Shown here: one piece after another, positions 31,835 through 41,230 of the stretch
Position numbering within the stretch: the stretch's first letter is position 1
Layout of the letters: every line of letters starts with the position of its first letter
The notes under the pieces: generated by a model
The model's input: the letters and a program-made list of their open reading frames with translations, nothing else
What the model was told of the DNA's origin: nothing
Database searches by the model: none
NCBI GenBank assembly: GCA_965224245.1
Contig: OZ245046.1
Span: 3,616,001 to 3,680,000 of the forward strand
Length of the DNA stretch: 64,000 bases
Direction: 5' to 3'
From: Candidatus Eiseniibacteriota bacterium
GTDB taxonomy: Bacteria > Eisenbacteria > RBG-16-71-46 > CAZAMP01
Made by a program: the position numbers and the translations under genes

Positions 31835-33810
31835 GCGCGACCGACCCCACGTACCGGACGTACAAGCTCACGCGCCCGACTCGGGCCCGTGGCCGCCTCG
31901 ACTACGAGTCGCATCTGAACGCCTCGCAGTGCGAGGCCGCGATGGCGCTCGAGGGACCGGTGCTCGTGATCGCGGGGGCCGGAACCGGGAAGACGCGCAC
32001 GCTCACCTATCGAGTGGCGCGGCTCCTGGAGACCGGCACCGCGGCCGATCGTATCGTGCTGCTGACGTTCACGCGGCGTGCCGCGCAGGAGATGATCGGT
32101 CGCGTGGGTCGGCTCCTGGGCGGCGACTGTCACGACATCGTCGGTGGCACGTACCACGGCTTCGCCAGCCGGATGCTGCGCCGACATCCCCCCGAGGGCT
32201 TCACGAACCGGTTCTCGATCCTCGATCGCAGCGACGCCGAGGACACGATCCAGCTCGTACGCGGCGAGCGCGGACTCGGCCCGCGCGAGCGTCGCTTTCC
32301 CAAGCGACGCACCCTGGCCGAGATGTTCTCGAAGTCGGTGAACCTGGGCCGACGCCTCGACGAGCTGATCGCCGACGAGTACGAGCAGTTCGCCGGGTAC
32401 ACCGAGATCATCCTGGAGATCCAGCGGGCCTACGACGCGTTCAAGGCCCGCCACGCGCTGATGGACTACGACGATCTCCTGATCTTCCTGGCGCACCAGC
32501 TCCGCGAGGACTCGCGCGCACATCGCGACATGTGCTCGTGGTTCCGCTACGTGATGGTCGACGAGTACCAGGACACGAACCGCCTCCAGGCCGAGATCAC
32601 CGATCTCCTGGTCGAGGAGCACGGCAACCTGATGGTCGTCGGCGACGACTCCCAGTCGATCTACGCGTTTCGCGGGGCGGACTACCGGAACATCGTGGCG
32701 TTCCCGGATCGCTACGAGGACGCGCGTGTGATCAAGCTCGAGCGGAACTACCGCTCGACCCAGGAGATCCTCGACGTGACCAACGCGATCATCGCGGCCG
32801 CGGAGGTCGGGTTCCCCAAGCGCCTGTACACCGAGCGCACCGGCGGCGACCTGCCGCGAGTGGTGATGACCCGGAGCGGTGAAGACGAGGCCGCGTTCGT
32901 CGCGCAGCGCGTGCTGGAGCTCCGCGAGGAGGGCGTGCCGTTGACGGACATCGCCGTGCTGTTCCGGAGCTCGTTTCACTCGTACGAGCTGGAGCTGGAG
33001 CTGGGGCGGCGCGACGTGCCGTTCGTGAAGTACGGCGGCTTTCGCTTCCTCGAGGCCGCGCACGTCAAGGACGTCCTGGCCCACGTGCGCGTCGTCGCCA
33101 ACCCGGACGACGCGGTGTCCTGGAACCGGCTCCTGTGCCTGCTGCCCGGCGTCGGCCCGAAGCGTGCGGCCGACATCCAGAGGATCGTCGCCGAGCGTGG
33201 CAATCGATTTGATTTCAAAGAGTTACCGTATCGAGGGGGAGCTCGCCGCGCCCTCGATGGGTTGACCGACCTCTTCACCGCGATGAGGGCGTCCGACATC
33301 CTGCCGGTCGACATGATCGGCCTCGTCCTCGCCTACTACGAGCCCTACCTGAGGGACCGCTTCGACGATCACCCGCGCCGGCTGACCGACCTCGAGCACT
33401 TCCAGGTGCTGACCGAGGGCTACGGCTCACTCGACACGATGCTGTCGGACATGTCGCTGGATCCACCGGACCGCTCCGTCGACAACCAGCTCGCCAGCCC
33501 GCTGGACGAGGGCGAGAAGCTAACACTGTCAACGATACATTCCGCAAAAGGGATGGAGTGGAAAGCGGTCTTTCTCGTCGGTGCCGTCGATGGTCAGTTC
33601 CCATCGCTGTGGAGCGCACGCGAGGTCGACACGTTGGAGGAAGAGCGACGGCTGATGTACGTGGCGACCACGCGCGCGAAGGACGAGCTGTACGTGGTGT
33701 ACCCGGTGGGCATCTTCCACGCATCGTCCGGCCAGGTGCTGACGCAGCCGACGCGGTTTCTCGCCGACGTCCCCGACCACGCGGTGGAGCGATGGGCCGT
33801 CACCCCGTGA
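31831..33810 (+). CDS. UvrD/PcrA/Rep family ATP-dependent DNA helicase
   Basis: IAGAGTGKT, LTFTRRAA, VDEYQDTN, VGDDSQSIYAFRGA, NYRS, TIHSAKGMEW, EERRLMYVATTRAK. Confidence 0.95.
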   Translation: MSATDPTYRTYKLTRPTRARGRLDYESHLNASQCEAAMALEGPVLVIAGAGTGKTRTLTYRVARLLETGTAADRIVLLTFTRRAAQEMIGRVGRLLGGDCHDIVGGTYHGFASRMLRRHPPEGFTNRFSILDRSDAEDTIQLVRGERGLGPRERRFPKRRTLAEMFSKSVNLGRRLDELIADEYEQFAGYTEIILEIQRAYDAFKARHALMDYDDLLIFLAHQLREDSRAHRDMCSWFRYVMVDEYQDTNRLQAEITDLLVEEHGNLMVVGDDSQSIYAFRGADYRNIVAFPDRYEDARVIKLERNYRSTQEILDVTNAIIAAAEVGFPKRLYTERTGGDLPRVVMTRSGEDEAAFVAQRVLELREEGVPLTDIAVLFRSSFHSYELELELGRRDVPFVKYGGFRFLEAAHVKDVLAHVRVVANPDDAVSWNRLLCLLPGVGPKRAADIQRIVAERGNRFDFKELPYRGGARRALDGLTDLFTAMRASDILPVDMIGLVLAYYEPYLRDRFDDHPRRLTDLEHFQVLTEGYGSLDTMLSDMSLDPPDRSVDNQLASPLDEGEKLTLSTIHSAKGMEWKAVFLVGAVDGQFPSLWSAREVDTLEEERRLMYVATTRAKDELYVVYPVGIFHASSGQVLTQPTRFLADVPDHAVERWAVTP

Positions 33811-33925
33811 CTCGCGCCTCGGTCGTCGCGAACACACGACCCTAGCAAAACACGCGACAAACGCCGCAAGTTCAAAAAAAGAACCGATTCGGCATTGACC
33901 TCGTGCGTAACATCGTTTTTTCTAC

Positions 33926-34014
33926 GTTGCCGAATCAGGAGAGAGTTCGAACGATCGACCCCTGCCACGTTGTTGGGAGAGCGGCGGGTGGCAAGCTGCC
34001 TGTGATTCGGCGAT
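33926..34014 (+). other. Candidate structured 5' leader RNA
   Basis: Outer stem GCCGAATCA/TGATTCGGC and inner stem TGCCAC-GTTGTT/AGCGGC-G-GTGGCA, paired by eye. Confidence 0.35.
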
Positions 34015-34121
34015 CGGGCACGCTCATCGGTCTCTCACGAGGAGGCGAATGGCAAAGTAGTTTCTAGTCACACGATGTTGACTTGCAAACGAACAGGTCA
34101 TGAACCACAGGAGGAGCCCCT

Positions 34122-35333
34122 TTGAAGCGTCTCTGGATTTCGGGTCTGGCGTGCCTCGCCATCGCGGCGCCGGTCTCGGCCGATGAGTCCACCGTCGATT
34201 CGATGGGCGGAATCGGACTCTACATCAAGGATGATACGAACCAGTTCCTGTTCCCGACCACGCTCGCCGACTACGCGGGCAACGCGTACCTCGAGCTGAA
34301 GGGTCCGGGAACCACGAACGCGTCACGGACGGCGGGCGCGACCTTCACCGTCCCGAAGTTCGAGGACACGACGTTCGGTGTGTACCTCAACCGTCCGACC
34401 CCGCCCGGGCTCCTCGTGGACGACTACGACGGTGCGCTCCACATCGATCGCTACCACGCGATCATGGCCCAGCGGGGCAGCGTGGCCATCGGGCTGGGCT
34501 TCGGCGGCGATTCCGTCGAGGACACGACGCTCGAGGACACCGGCGGCGGCCGCGACGAGAAGGCCAACCTCTACCAGCTGCTCCTCGGCGCCGAGGGCAA
34601 CTGGTTCGGCAGCGCCATGTCGCAGCTGGGCGTCCAGGTCGCGCTCGGCTCGGGCGAGATCCAGTCGGAGGACGCCGAGGACAGCTTCGAGACCGACTCC
34701 GAGGAGTCCTCGCTCGCCATCGCCGCCGGGCTCCGCAACTGGTACTCGCGCGGCTCCAAGGGCGACCTGGTCGCGCAGGCCGGCGTCACGTTCATGAACG
34801 GCGAGGTCGATCCGGCCGACGACGACGGCGATCCCGACGTCAAGAACAAGCGGAACGCGCTGGCCGCCGGCACCGGCCTCGGCTGGCACGCGCCGGTCTC
34901 CGGCAGCGCCAAGGTCGTCATGGTCTGCGAGCCGTTCGGCATCTCCATCGCGAAGTCCAAGCAGGAGAACCCGGCCGGCGACGACACCGAGCGGGAGGTC
35001 ACGGTCACCACGATGCAGCTGCCGTCGTTCTTCTTCGGCATGCAGGCGGCGGTCAACAAGTGGCTGACCGGTCGCGTGGGCGTCGCGCAGGTCTTCACGA
35101 CCACGACCATCAAGGACGAGGCGACCGGTGGCGGCGAGACCGTGTCGGTCGAGACCGAGAACTGGGACTCCAACTTCGACATCTCGTTCGGGCTCGGGGC
35201 CAAGATCGGCAAGAACTGGATGGTCAACGGCGTGTTCAACGACCAGCACTTCTTCGGCGGTCCGGACTTCCTGACGGGCGCCGGCGCCGGCCCGCTGCTC
35301 GCGAAGGTCTCGGTCAACGGAACGTGGAACTAG
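34122..35333 (+). CDS. Putative outer-membrane beta-barrel protein
   Basis: SD AGGAGG, TTG start; signal peptide; amphipathic strands with acidic loops; ends KVSVNGTWN. Confidence 0.7.
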   Translation: MKRLWISGLACLAIAAPVSADESTVDSMGGIGLYIKDDTNQFLFPTTLADYAGNAYLELKGPGTTNASRTAGATFTVPKFEDTTFGVYLNRPTPPGLLVDDYDGALHIDRYHAIMAQRGSVAIGLGFGGDSVEDTTLEDTGGGRDEKANLYQLLLGAEGNWFGSAMSQLGVQVALGSGEIQSEDAEDSFETDSEESSLAIAAGLRNWYSRGSKGDLVAQAGVTFMNGEVDPADDDGDPDVKNKRNALAAGTGLGWHAPVSGSAKVVMVCEPFGISIAKSKQENPAGDDTEREVTVTTMQLPSFFFGMQAAVNKWLTGRVGVAQVFTTTTIKDEATGGGETVSVETENWDSNFDISFGLGAKIGKNWMVNGVFNDQHFFGGPDFLTGAGAGPLLAKVSVNGTWN

Positions 35334-35398
35334 GCGTGACTTCTAGTCTCGTCTCGGGCCGGACCGGCACCTCGGTCTCCGAGACGCGGGAGGAATAG

Positions 35399-36217
35399 AT
35401 GCGGACTCATTGGAAGTATGGCGCGCTTCTGACCATCGGAACCGCGCTGGCGTTCGGTGGCGGCTGCAGCTGCCCCGGCAGCGTTCTGGTCAGCGACGGC
35501 TACGGCAACTTCTACCCGGGAAGCCTCTACGCGGGCCCGGGGGTTCTGACGAGCTGGACGATCGGCGGGTACCAGGCCGCCGACGCCGTGGGCAACGGCC
35601 CCGACGACTTCGACTTCGACGGCGACATCGGCTGGGATCCGGACGACTACAAGTTCGGGCCCTGCTGCACGCGTGATGGATGCATCAGCGTCAGCGACAT
35701 GGAGTGCATCCTGCGGTTCATGGGACGTCCGGTCTACAGCTGCGGCTTCTGCAGCAGCTTCGGCCGCGTCGACGCCACGATGACGATCGACGGTCTCTTC
35801 GAGAACGACACCTACGACATCGCGTTCACCGAGAGCGATGCCAAGGCCGCGTTCCTGACCGACGCCGGCTACACGACGATCGCGCTCCGCGCGTTCGACG
35901 GTCTGGCCGTCGTGCAGCTGATCGTCCCGGGCACGCTGACCGACACGCACGACATCTACGGCACCGACGGCAAGCGCATCGAGGCCAGCGCCGTGTTCGT
36001 GCTCGGCACCGACGTGTACAGCACGGTCGCCGACGAGCGCATCGAGCTCGGCACGATCACACTCGAGGGTGAGTATCCCGAGGTCGGGGGCACGCTGGCG
36101 GGCACGTTCTCGACCAAGGTCTTCGGACCGAACGGCGAAGAGGTGCAGCTCTCGGGTGACTTCCGCGTTCCGTTCGTGAACTCGATCGAGGACGTGGAGA
36201 TCACGCCGTACAACTAG
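35399..36217 (+). CDS. Cys-rich acidic lipoprotein-like hypothetical protein
   Basis: SD GGAGGA; signal ending AFGGGC; several Cys (CSC, CC, CxxC). Confidence 0.7.
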   Translation: MRTHWKYGALLTIGTALAFGGGCSCPGSVLVSDGYGNFYPGSLYAGPGVLTSWTIGGYQAADAVGNGPDDFDFDGDIGWDPDDYKFGPCCTRDGCISVSDMECILRFMGRPVYSCGFCSSFGRVDATMTIDGLFENDTYDIAFTESDAKAAFLTDAGYTTIALRAFDGLAVVQLIVPGTLTDTHDIYGTDGKRIEASAVFVLGTDVYSTVADERIELGTITLEGEYPEVGGTLAGTFSTKVFGPNGEEVQLSGDFRVPFVNSIEDVEITPYN

Positions 36218-36268
36218 CATCGCCGAGGCTCACGCGCGCGGGTGCGTGAGCGGGCACGCGACCGATCG

Positions 36269-36305
36269 CGCCTCCGGGCCTCCGGCCCGGAGGCGTTTCG
36301 CGTTT
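36269..36305 (+). terminator. Intrinsic terminator
   Basis: CGCCTCCGGGCC-TCC-GGCCCGGAGGCG followed by TTTCGCGTTT. Confidence 0.7.
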
Positions 36306-36327
36306 CCGGAAGACGGTCGATCACCGG

Positions 36328-37299
36328 CTACCAGGGTGCGGGCGCATCGCCGCCGTCGGGCGGACGCGACGCCAGGACCTCGTCGGCCAGTCCGCCCAGG
36401 CACACCCGCTGGAAGCTGCAGCGGCGGCAGACCCGGAGCTCCTCGACCCTCGAGAAGTCGGCCTCGTCGGCCTCGTTCGCGGCCACGTCGGTGAGCCGCT
36501 CCCGCATCACGCTCGCGCGGCGCCAGACGTGCCGCGCCGCTTCGTCGAGGTCCGACTCGTCAACCGTGCGCTCGGTCACCTCGTCGCGGACGAGGTTCAC
36601 CTCGGCGGTGCGGATGCGACCGAGCGTGATCCCCCAGCGCTCGCGGGCGTACAGCGCGTAGCAGGCGAGCTGCGTGGTGTTGGCGCGCGACGGACGTGCC
36701 CCGGTCTTCCAGTCCACGATGCGGAGGTCGGCGGCGTCCATGTACGCGAAGTCCATCTTCACGCTCACCGGAACGTCGTCGAGCACGAACGACGAGAGCT
36801 CTTCGAGTGCCATCCATCGCTCGGGCGGAACGCTCATGATCGCGGCGGTCACGTCGGAGGCGACGAAGCTCCGGATCGCCGAGATGCCACGCGCGTGGAG
36901 CGTCTTCCACTCCCGATCGGGCACGTCGGATGGGAACTCGTGCTCGAACAAGCGGGTCGTCTTGGCACCCCCCGTCCGGAACGCGTCGTCTCGCGAGTCG
37001 CGGAACCCGTCGCGCATCGTCGTGTCGAAGCGCGTGATCAGATCGTCCACCGGGGGGAGCGCTCGCTGCTGCCTCGCGAACGTGAGTGCGAACGCGACCA
37101 CCTCGTGCACCAGCGCGCCGATCCACATGTGACGGCTCTGGACGTTCTTCAGCACGTAGAGCTCTCGCACCGCGGGCGGCGCGTCCTCGCGCCAGCCGCC
37201 CCACGAGCCGTAGTAGCGGTAGAAGTACTGCCGGTGACACTCCTCGAAGACCCGATCGCGGCTCTGTGACCACGCGAACGTGTTCGTGAGCTCGCTCAT
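36328..37299 (-). CDS. PD-(D/E)XK nuclease (RecB/Cas4-like), probable Fe-S cluster
   Basis: WSQS..C, GALVH, KMDFA, IVDWKTG, QLACY, CRRCSFQRVC. Confidence 0.88.
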   Translation of the reverse strand: MSELTNTFAWSQSRDRVFEECHRQYFYRYYGSWGGWREDAPPAVRELYVLKNVQSRHMWIGALVHEVVAFALTFARQQRALPPVDDLITRFDTTMRDGFRDSRDDAFRTGGAKTTRLFEHEFPSDVPDREWKTLHARGISAIRSFVASDVTAAIMSVPPERWMALEELSSFVLDDVPVSVKMDFAYMDAADLRIVDWKTGARPSRANTTQLACYALYARERWGITLGRIRTAEVNLVRDEVTERTVDESDLDEAARHVWRRASVMRERLTDVAANEADEADFSRVEELRVCRRCSFQRVCLGGLADEVLASRPPDGGDAPAPW

Positions 37300-37348
37300 C
37301 GTCGGTCCGAGCGAGGTGAGCTGCGCGCTCGAGGGAGCCGGGTCGCGG

Positions 37349-38260
37349 TCACGCGTCGTATCCCATCTCGCGCAGCCGCCGCGGATCCTGCCGCCAGTCG
37401 GGGACGACCTTGACGAAGAGCTTCAGCACGACGGGCCGGTCCAGGAACTCCTCGATGGCCCGTCGCGACTGGATCCCCAGCTCCTTGACGGCCGAGCCGT
37501 GCGCGCCGACCAGGATGCGTTTCTGGCTCGGCCGTTCGACGCAGACCGTCGCGTGGATCTCGTCGCGCCGTGTGCCATCGCCCTCGGTGAAGGCGTCGAT
37601 CTCGACCTGAACCGCGTACGGAACCTCGTCGCGGAACTGGGCGAGCACGTTCTCCCGGATGATCTCCGAGACGAAGAACCGCTCGGGATGCTCGGTCAGC
37701 GTGTCCTCCGGATACAGAGGCGGCCCGGGCGGCAGCGCATCGCCCACGACACTCAGGAGCCGGTCGAGGTTCTCCCCTTCGAGCGCCGAGATCGGCACGA
37801 CCTCGAGGTCGGGCGCGTCGGTGGTGACCGCGTCGATCATGGGCAGGACGTCGTGGCGCGCGATCCGGTCCACCTTGTTCAGGGCTACCATGAGCCGTCC
37901 ACGTCCTCGACGCGCCTCGGTCATCGACTCGACGAGGTGCGCCATGGGCGTGGTCACGTCGTGGAGCACGAGGATGACGTCGGCCTCCATGAGCGCGCGA
38001 CGGGCCGCGGCGAGCATCGCGCGCTGCAGGCGGTAGCGCGGCGTCAGGAGTCCGGGCGTGTCCAGGAAGATCATCTGGTGGCCCGCGTCGCTCACCACGC
38101 CCATCACGCGGTGCCGCGTGGTCTGGGGCTTCGGCGAAACGATGGCGAGCTTCTGGCCGAGTAACGCGTTGAGAAGTGTCGACTTACCGACGTTGGGGCG
38201 CCCCACCAGCGCGACGTATCCCGATCGATGAGGTGACTTCTCGTCCAGTCGTGCGTCCAT
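37349..38260 (-). CDS. era: GTPase Era
   Basis: GRPNVGKSTL, KPQTTR, DTPG, NKVD, ISA, EVPY, KH domain. Confidence 0.97.
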   Translation of the reverse strand: MDARLDEKSPHRSGYVALVGRPNVGKSTLLNALLGQKLAIVSPKPQTTRHRVMGVVSDAGHQMIFLDTPGLLTPRYRLQRAMLAAARRALMEADVILVLHDVTTPMAHLVESMTEARRGRGRLMVALNKVDRIARHDVLPMIDAVTTDAPDLEVVPISALEGENLDRLLSVVGDALPPGPPLYPEDTLTEHPERFFVSEIIRENVLAQFRDEVPYAVQVEIDAFTEGDGTRRDEIHATVCVERPSQKRILVGAHGSAVKELGIQSRRAIEEFLDRPVVLKLFVKVVPDWRQDPRRLREMGYDA

Positions 38261-38267
38261 GAGGCGG

Positions 38268-38297
38268 ATTGTAGGGAGCGGGGCGTCCGGAAGACAA
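38268..38297 (-). promoter_or_regulatory. Putative sigma70 promoter giving a leaderless era mRNA
   Basis: TTGTCT-N18-TACAAT, 7 nt before the ATG. Confidence 0.5.
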
Positions 38298-38478
38298 CGG
38301 CCGAAAAAGCTCGCGATGAGACCTTGTCATCCCGCGCCGGCCGTGATTCGATCGGCCTCTGGGGCCGTCCCGCACGCTCGCCGCACGTGAGCGCGCGGCG
38401 TGACCGGCCGCCGCAGCGCCCGATCACCGTGCGCGAGACGGATGCTCGCGCCGACGATACCTTTCGACCAAGGAGAAC

Positions 38479-39096
38479 GTGAACATGCATGCTTCGAGCA
38501 GCGGATCGGTCCGGACGATTCTGAGCGGGTTGACGATCGGCCTGGTCGCGCTCGCGATGGGCTGCGGCGGCTCCGACGACGGGTCCGCCGCGGACGACGC
38601 CGGGTCGACGGCCCGCGAGGTGGCCGACAAGACCGGTGACGCAATGCGCGACGCCGCCGAGAAGACCGGTGACGCGATGCACGACGCCGCCGAGCGGACC
38701 GGCGAGGCCGTGCGCGATGCCGCGGACGAGGCGGGCGAGGCCGTGCACGATGCCGCGGCCGAGGCCGGTGACGCCATGCGCGACGCGGCCGACGAGGCGG
38801 GTGACGCGCTGGAAGGCGCCACCGGCGCGATGATGAAGACCGACGACGCCGAGATGCCCGCCGACGCGGTCACGCTGGTGGGCACCACCGGCTGCGGTCA
38901 CTGCTCGTTCGGCATCGGCAAGGCCTGCGCGGCGGCGATGAAGACAGCGGATGGGACCATCTACGTTCTCGACGGCGTGGACGCGGAGTCCGACCTGTTC
39001 CAGCACCGCATGGACGGGAAGAGTCTCACGGTCGTCGGCGTCGTCACCGAAGGCGATCCCGAGCACGTGGACGTGAAGTCCTACCGGATCATGTAG
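38479..39096 (+). CDS. Lipoprotein with 11-aa repeats and C-terminal CxxC-x7-C domain
   Basis: SD AAGGAG; lipobox LAMGC; repeats; GCGHCSFGIGKAC. Confidence 0.8.
   Translation: MNMHASSSGSVRTILSGLTIGLVALAMGCGGSDDGSAADDAGSTAREVADKTGDAMRDAAEKTGDAMHDAAERTGEAVRDAADEAGEAVHDAAAEAGDAMRDAADEAGDALEGATGAMMKTDDAEMPADAVTLVGTTGCGHCSFGIGKACAAAMKTADGTIYVLDGVDAESDLFQHRMDGKSLTVVGVVTEGDPEHVDVKSYRIM
38623..38820 (+). repeat. Coding tandem repeat, 6 x 33 bp
   Basis: ADKTGDAMRDA / AEKTGDAMHDA / AERTGEAVRDA / ADEAGEAVHDA / AAEAGDAMRDA / ADEAGDALEGA. Confidence 0.88.
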
Positions 39097-39170
39097 GGCT
39101 CACCGGACGCCGCCGGCAGCCGTCGCGCCGACCGCGAGCCGCGGCGTTCGGGCCAGCCGACGTTCAGAAT

Positions 39171-39203
39171 GAGCCGGCGCCCCCGGTTTCGGGGGCCCGA
39201 CTC
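39171..39203. terminator. Hairpin between convergent genes, possible terminator
   Basis: GCCCCCG-GTTT-CGGGGGC with flanking pairing; no clear U tract. Confidence 0.3.
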
Positions 39204-39322
39204 GATTGCTGTCGCGAGCATGGTCGTACGCACGATGGTCGCGACGCGCGCGCCGTGTCGACCGTCGGATTCCGGGCCGCGACGATGCGGTCGGAATGGG
39301 ACGAACGGCCTGCGCGGGTGCC

Positions 39323-40075
39323 TCACCCTCCGGAGCCGCCGGACGGGCCCTCGGGTCGCGTCCGCGGCGCAGGTGCAGGCGTCGGGTGCAGCGGACCGTT
39401 GGTGGTCCAGTTCCACGACCAGTCGGTCGGGACCGGGACGGACCGTTGCGCCCAGGGCGACGTCCACCAGAACGCGCCCCACATCGGATGCCAGATCGGC
39501 CACGGCCAGGGCATGGCCGCGGTCATCGGCGGCGGCAGCCGCATCTCGCCACCCGGCGGTACGGCACCCGGCCACCCGCCGGGCCACGTTCCCGGTCCCG
39601 GAGAGGCGCCCCAGGGCGGCGTCGACATGCCCGGCTCCGCGGACCGGTCGGCAGCCGCACCCCCGGTACCCGAACCGGTCGGCCCTTCGGCGCTCGACTC
39701 GCCGGGTGACGCATCGAACGGCGAGTCGTCGGGCGTGTCCGGCGACTCGTCCGCGAGATCCTCGCCGTCTTCCGGACCGGACGACCGTTCCCTCTCGATC
39801 GGCCAGGTCGGCGTCGTCCAGTCCGTGGGCGCCGCGGATCCGGCCATGGCCCCCGCGTCACCGGGCGCGGTCGTGCCGGCTGCGCCGGGCATTCCCGGTG
39901 TCGCGGGGGGCTCCACCCAGGGCCCTTCCGATGGCGTAAACGCCTCTTCTGCAGCATCTTCCGCGCCTCCCCGTGACGTCAGCTCACTCTCCAGCTCCGA
40001 GAGCGTCTGGACGGCGGTCCGCAGCGCGTCGGCGATGTGATGAAACTTGGCGTGAATGTCTCGATAATCGGCCAT
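39323..40075 (-). CDS. Hypothetical protein: N-terminal helix + Pro/Gly/Trp-rich low-complexity region
   Basis: SD AAGGAG; MADYRDIHAKFHHIADALRTAVQTL; fills the gap between genes. Confidence 0.65.
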   Translation of the reverse strand: MADYRDIHAKFHHIADALRTAVQTLSELESELTSRGGAEDAAEEAFTPSEGPWVEPPATPGMPGAAGTTAPGDAGAMAGSAAPTDWTTPTWPIERERSSGPEDGEDLADESPDTPDDSPFDASPGESSAEGPTGSGTGGAAADRSAEPGMSTPPWGASPGPGTWPGGWPGAVPPGGEMRLPPPMTAAMPWPWPIWHPMWGAFWWTSPWAQRSVPVPTDWSWNWTTNGPLHPTPAPAPRTRPEGPSGGSGG

Positions 40076-40183
40076 CGCGTGCTCCTTCGGAGGGGGCGTC
40101 GGCAACGGGTGAAACGTCGGCCGATCCGATCGAGAACTTGATCGACGGCATCGGTGACGATCGAACGACCGCGAGGAGGCATC

Positions 40184-41215
40184 GTGGGGATCCGCGTCGC
40201 GATCGTGGGAACCGGCTTCGGGGTGAGCACCCAGCTGCCCGGCTTCCGGCTCGCCGGGGGATACGACGTCGTCAGCCTGACCGGACGCGACGCGGCCAAG
40301 ACGGCCCGGCTCGCGGACCAGCACGACGTCCCGCACGCCCTCACCGACTTCCGGGACGCGCTCCGGGTCGGGTCGCCCGATCTGATGTGCGTCACGACCC
40401 CACCGGTCCACCACCGCGAGATGGCCCTGGCGGCGCTCGAGGCGGGCTGTCACTGCCTGCTGGAGAAGCCGATGGCCATGTCGGCGGCCGAGGCCGAGGA
40501 GCTGACCCGGGCGGCGGCGGCGGTCCCGTACCTGGCGATCGTGGATCACGAGCTCCGGGCGCTTCCGGCGCGGCAGGCGCTCAAGGCCCGACTCGATGCC
40601 GGGGGCATCGGACGCCCGCTCATGGCCCGGGTGGTGTTCGGGTCGCATGGACGCGCGCGCCCGGGTACACGGTGGAGCTGGTGGGCGCGCGCGGACGCCG
40701 GCGGTGGGCTCTGGGGCGCGATCGGCTCGCACGTGATCGATTCGCTGCGCTGGTTTCTCGGCGAGGTGTCCGAGGTGACCGCCCGGCTCAGCACGTCGAT
40801 TCCGTCCCTGCCCGACGAGGCCGGCGTCCATCACGCCGTCGAGACCGACGATGGCGCCGACGCGTTCCTGACGTTCGCGTCGGGCGCGGTGGGCACGATC
40901 TCGTTGACGTCGGTCGCGCACCGGTACGACGGATTCGGCTGGGAGATACACGGCACCGAGGGATCGCAGTGGCTGGACGACCGGGGGCGCCTCTTCGCCG
41001 CCGCGCGCAGCCGGGACACGCGCGAGGACGTGAGCCCCGTCGATCCGCTCGAGGAGGCGGGACCGATCGACGGATCGCTGTGGGCGCGCGGATTCGTCTA
41101 CCTGGCGCGTGACCTCCGCACGGCGATCGAGTCCGGCGGTCCGGCCCCGACCTACGCGGCCACGTTCGCCGACGGCCTGGCCGTGCAGCGGGTGCTCGAC
41201 GCCGGCCGACGCTGA
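40184..41215 (+). CDS. Gfo/Idh/MocA family oxidoreductase
   Basis: SD GAGGAGG; VAIVGTGFG, TPPVHH, LEKP, GGGLWGAIGSHVID. Confidence 0.92.
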   Translation: MGIRVAIVGTGFGVSTQLPGFRLAGGYDVVSLTGRDAAKTARLADQHDVPHALTDFRDALRVGSPDLMCVTTPPVHHREMALAALEAGCHCLLEKPMAMSAAEAEELTRAAAAVPYLAIVDHELRALPARQALKARLDAGGIGRPLMARVVFGSHGRARPGTRWSWWARADAGGGLWGAIGSHVIDSLRWFLGEVSEVTARLSTSIPSLPDEAGVHHAVETDDGADAFLTFASGAVGTISLTSVAHRYDGFGWEIHGTEGSQWLDDRGRLFAAARSRDTREDVSPVDPLEEAGPIDGSLWARGFVYLARDLRTAIESGGPAPTYAATFADGLAVQRVLDAGRR

Positions 41216-41230
41216 CGCGCCCGGATCGGT

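Noticed and set aside
33926-34014. SAM-I, glycine or cobalamin riboswitch
   Set aside because: Only superficial similarity (ATCAGGAG, GCCAC); the core motifs GCAACC, GCCGAAG/CTCAGG and the B12 box are not present.
36328-37299. cas4 of a CRISPR-Cas locus
   Set aside because: No cas1, cas2 or array; housekeeping context.
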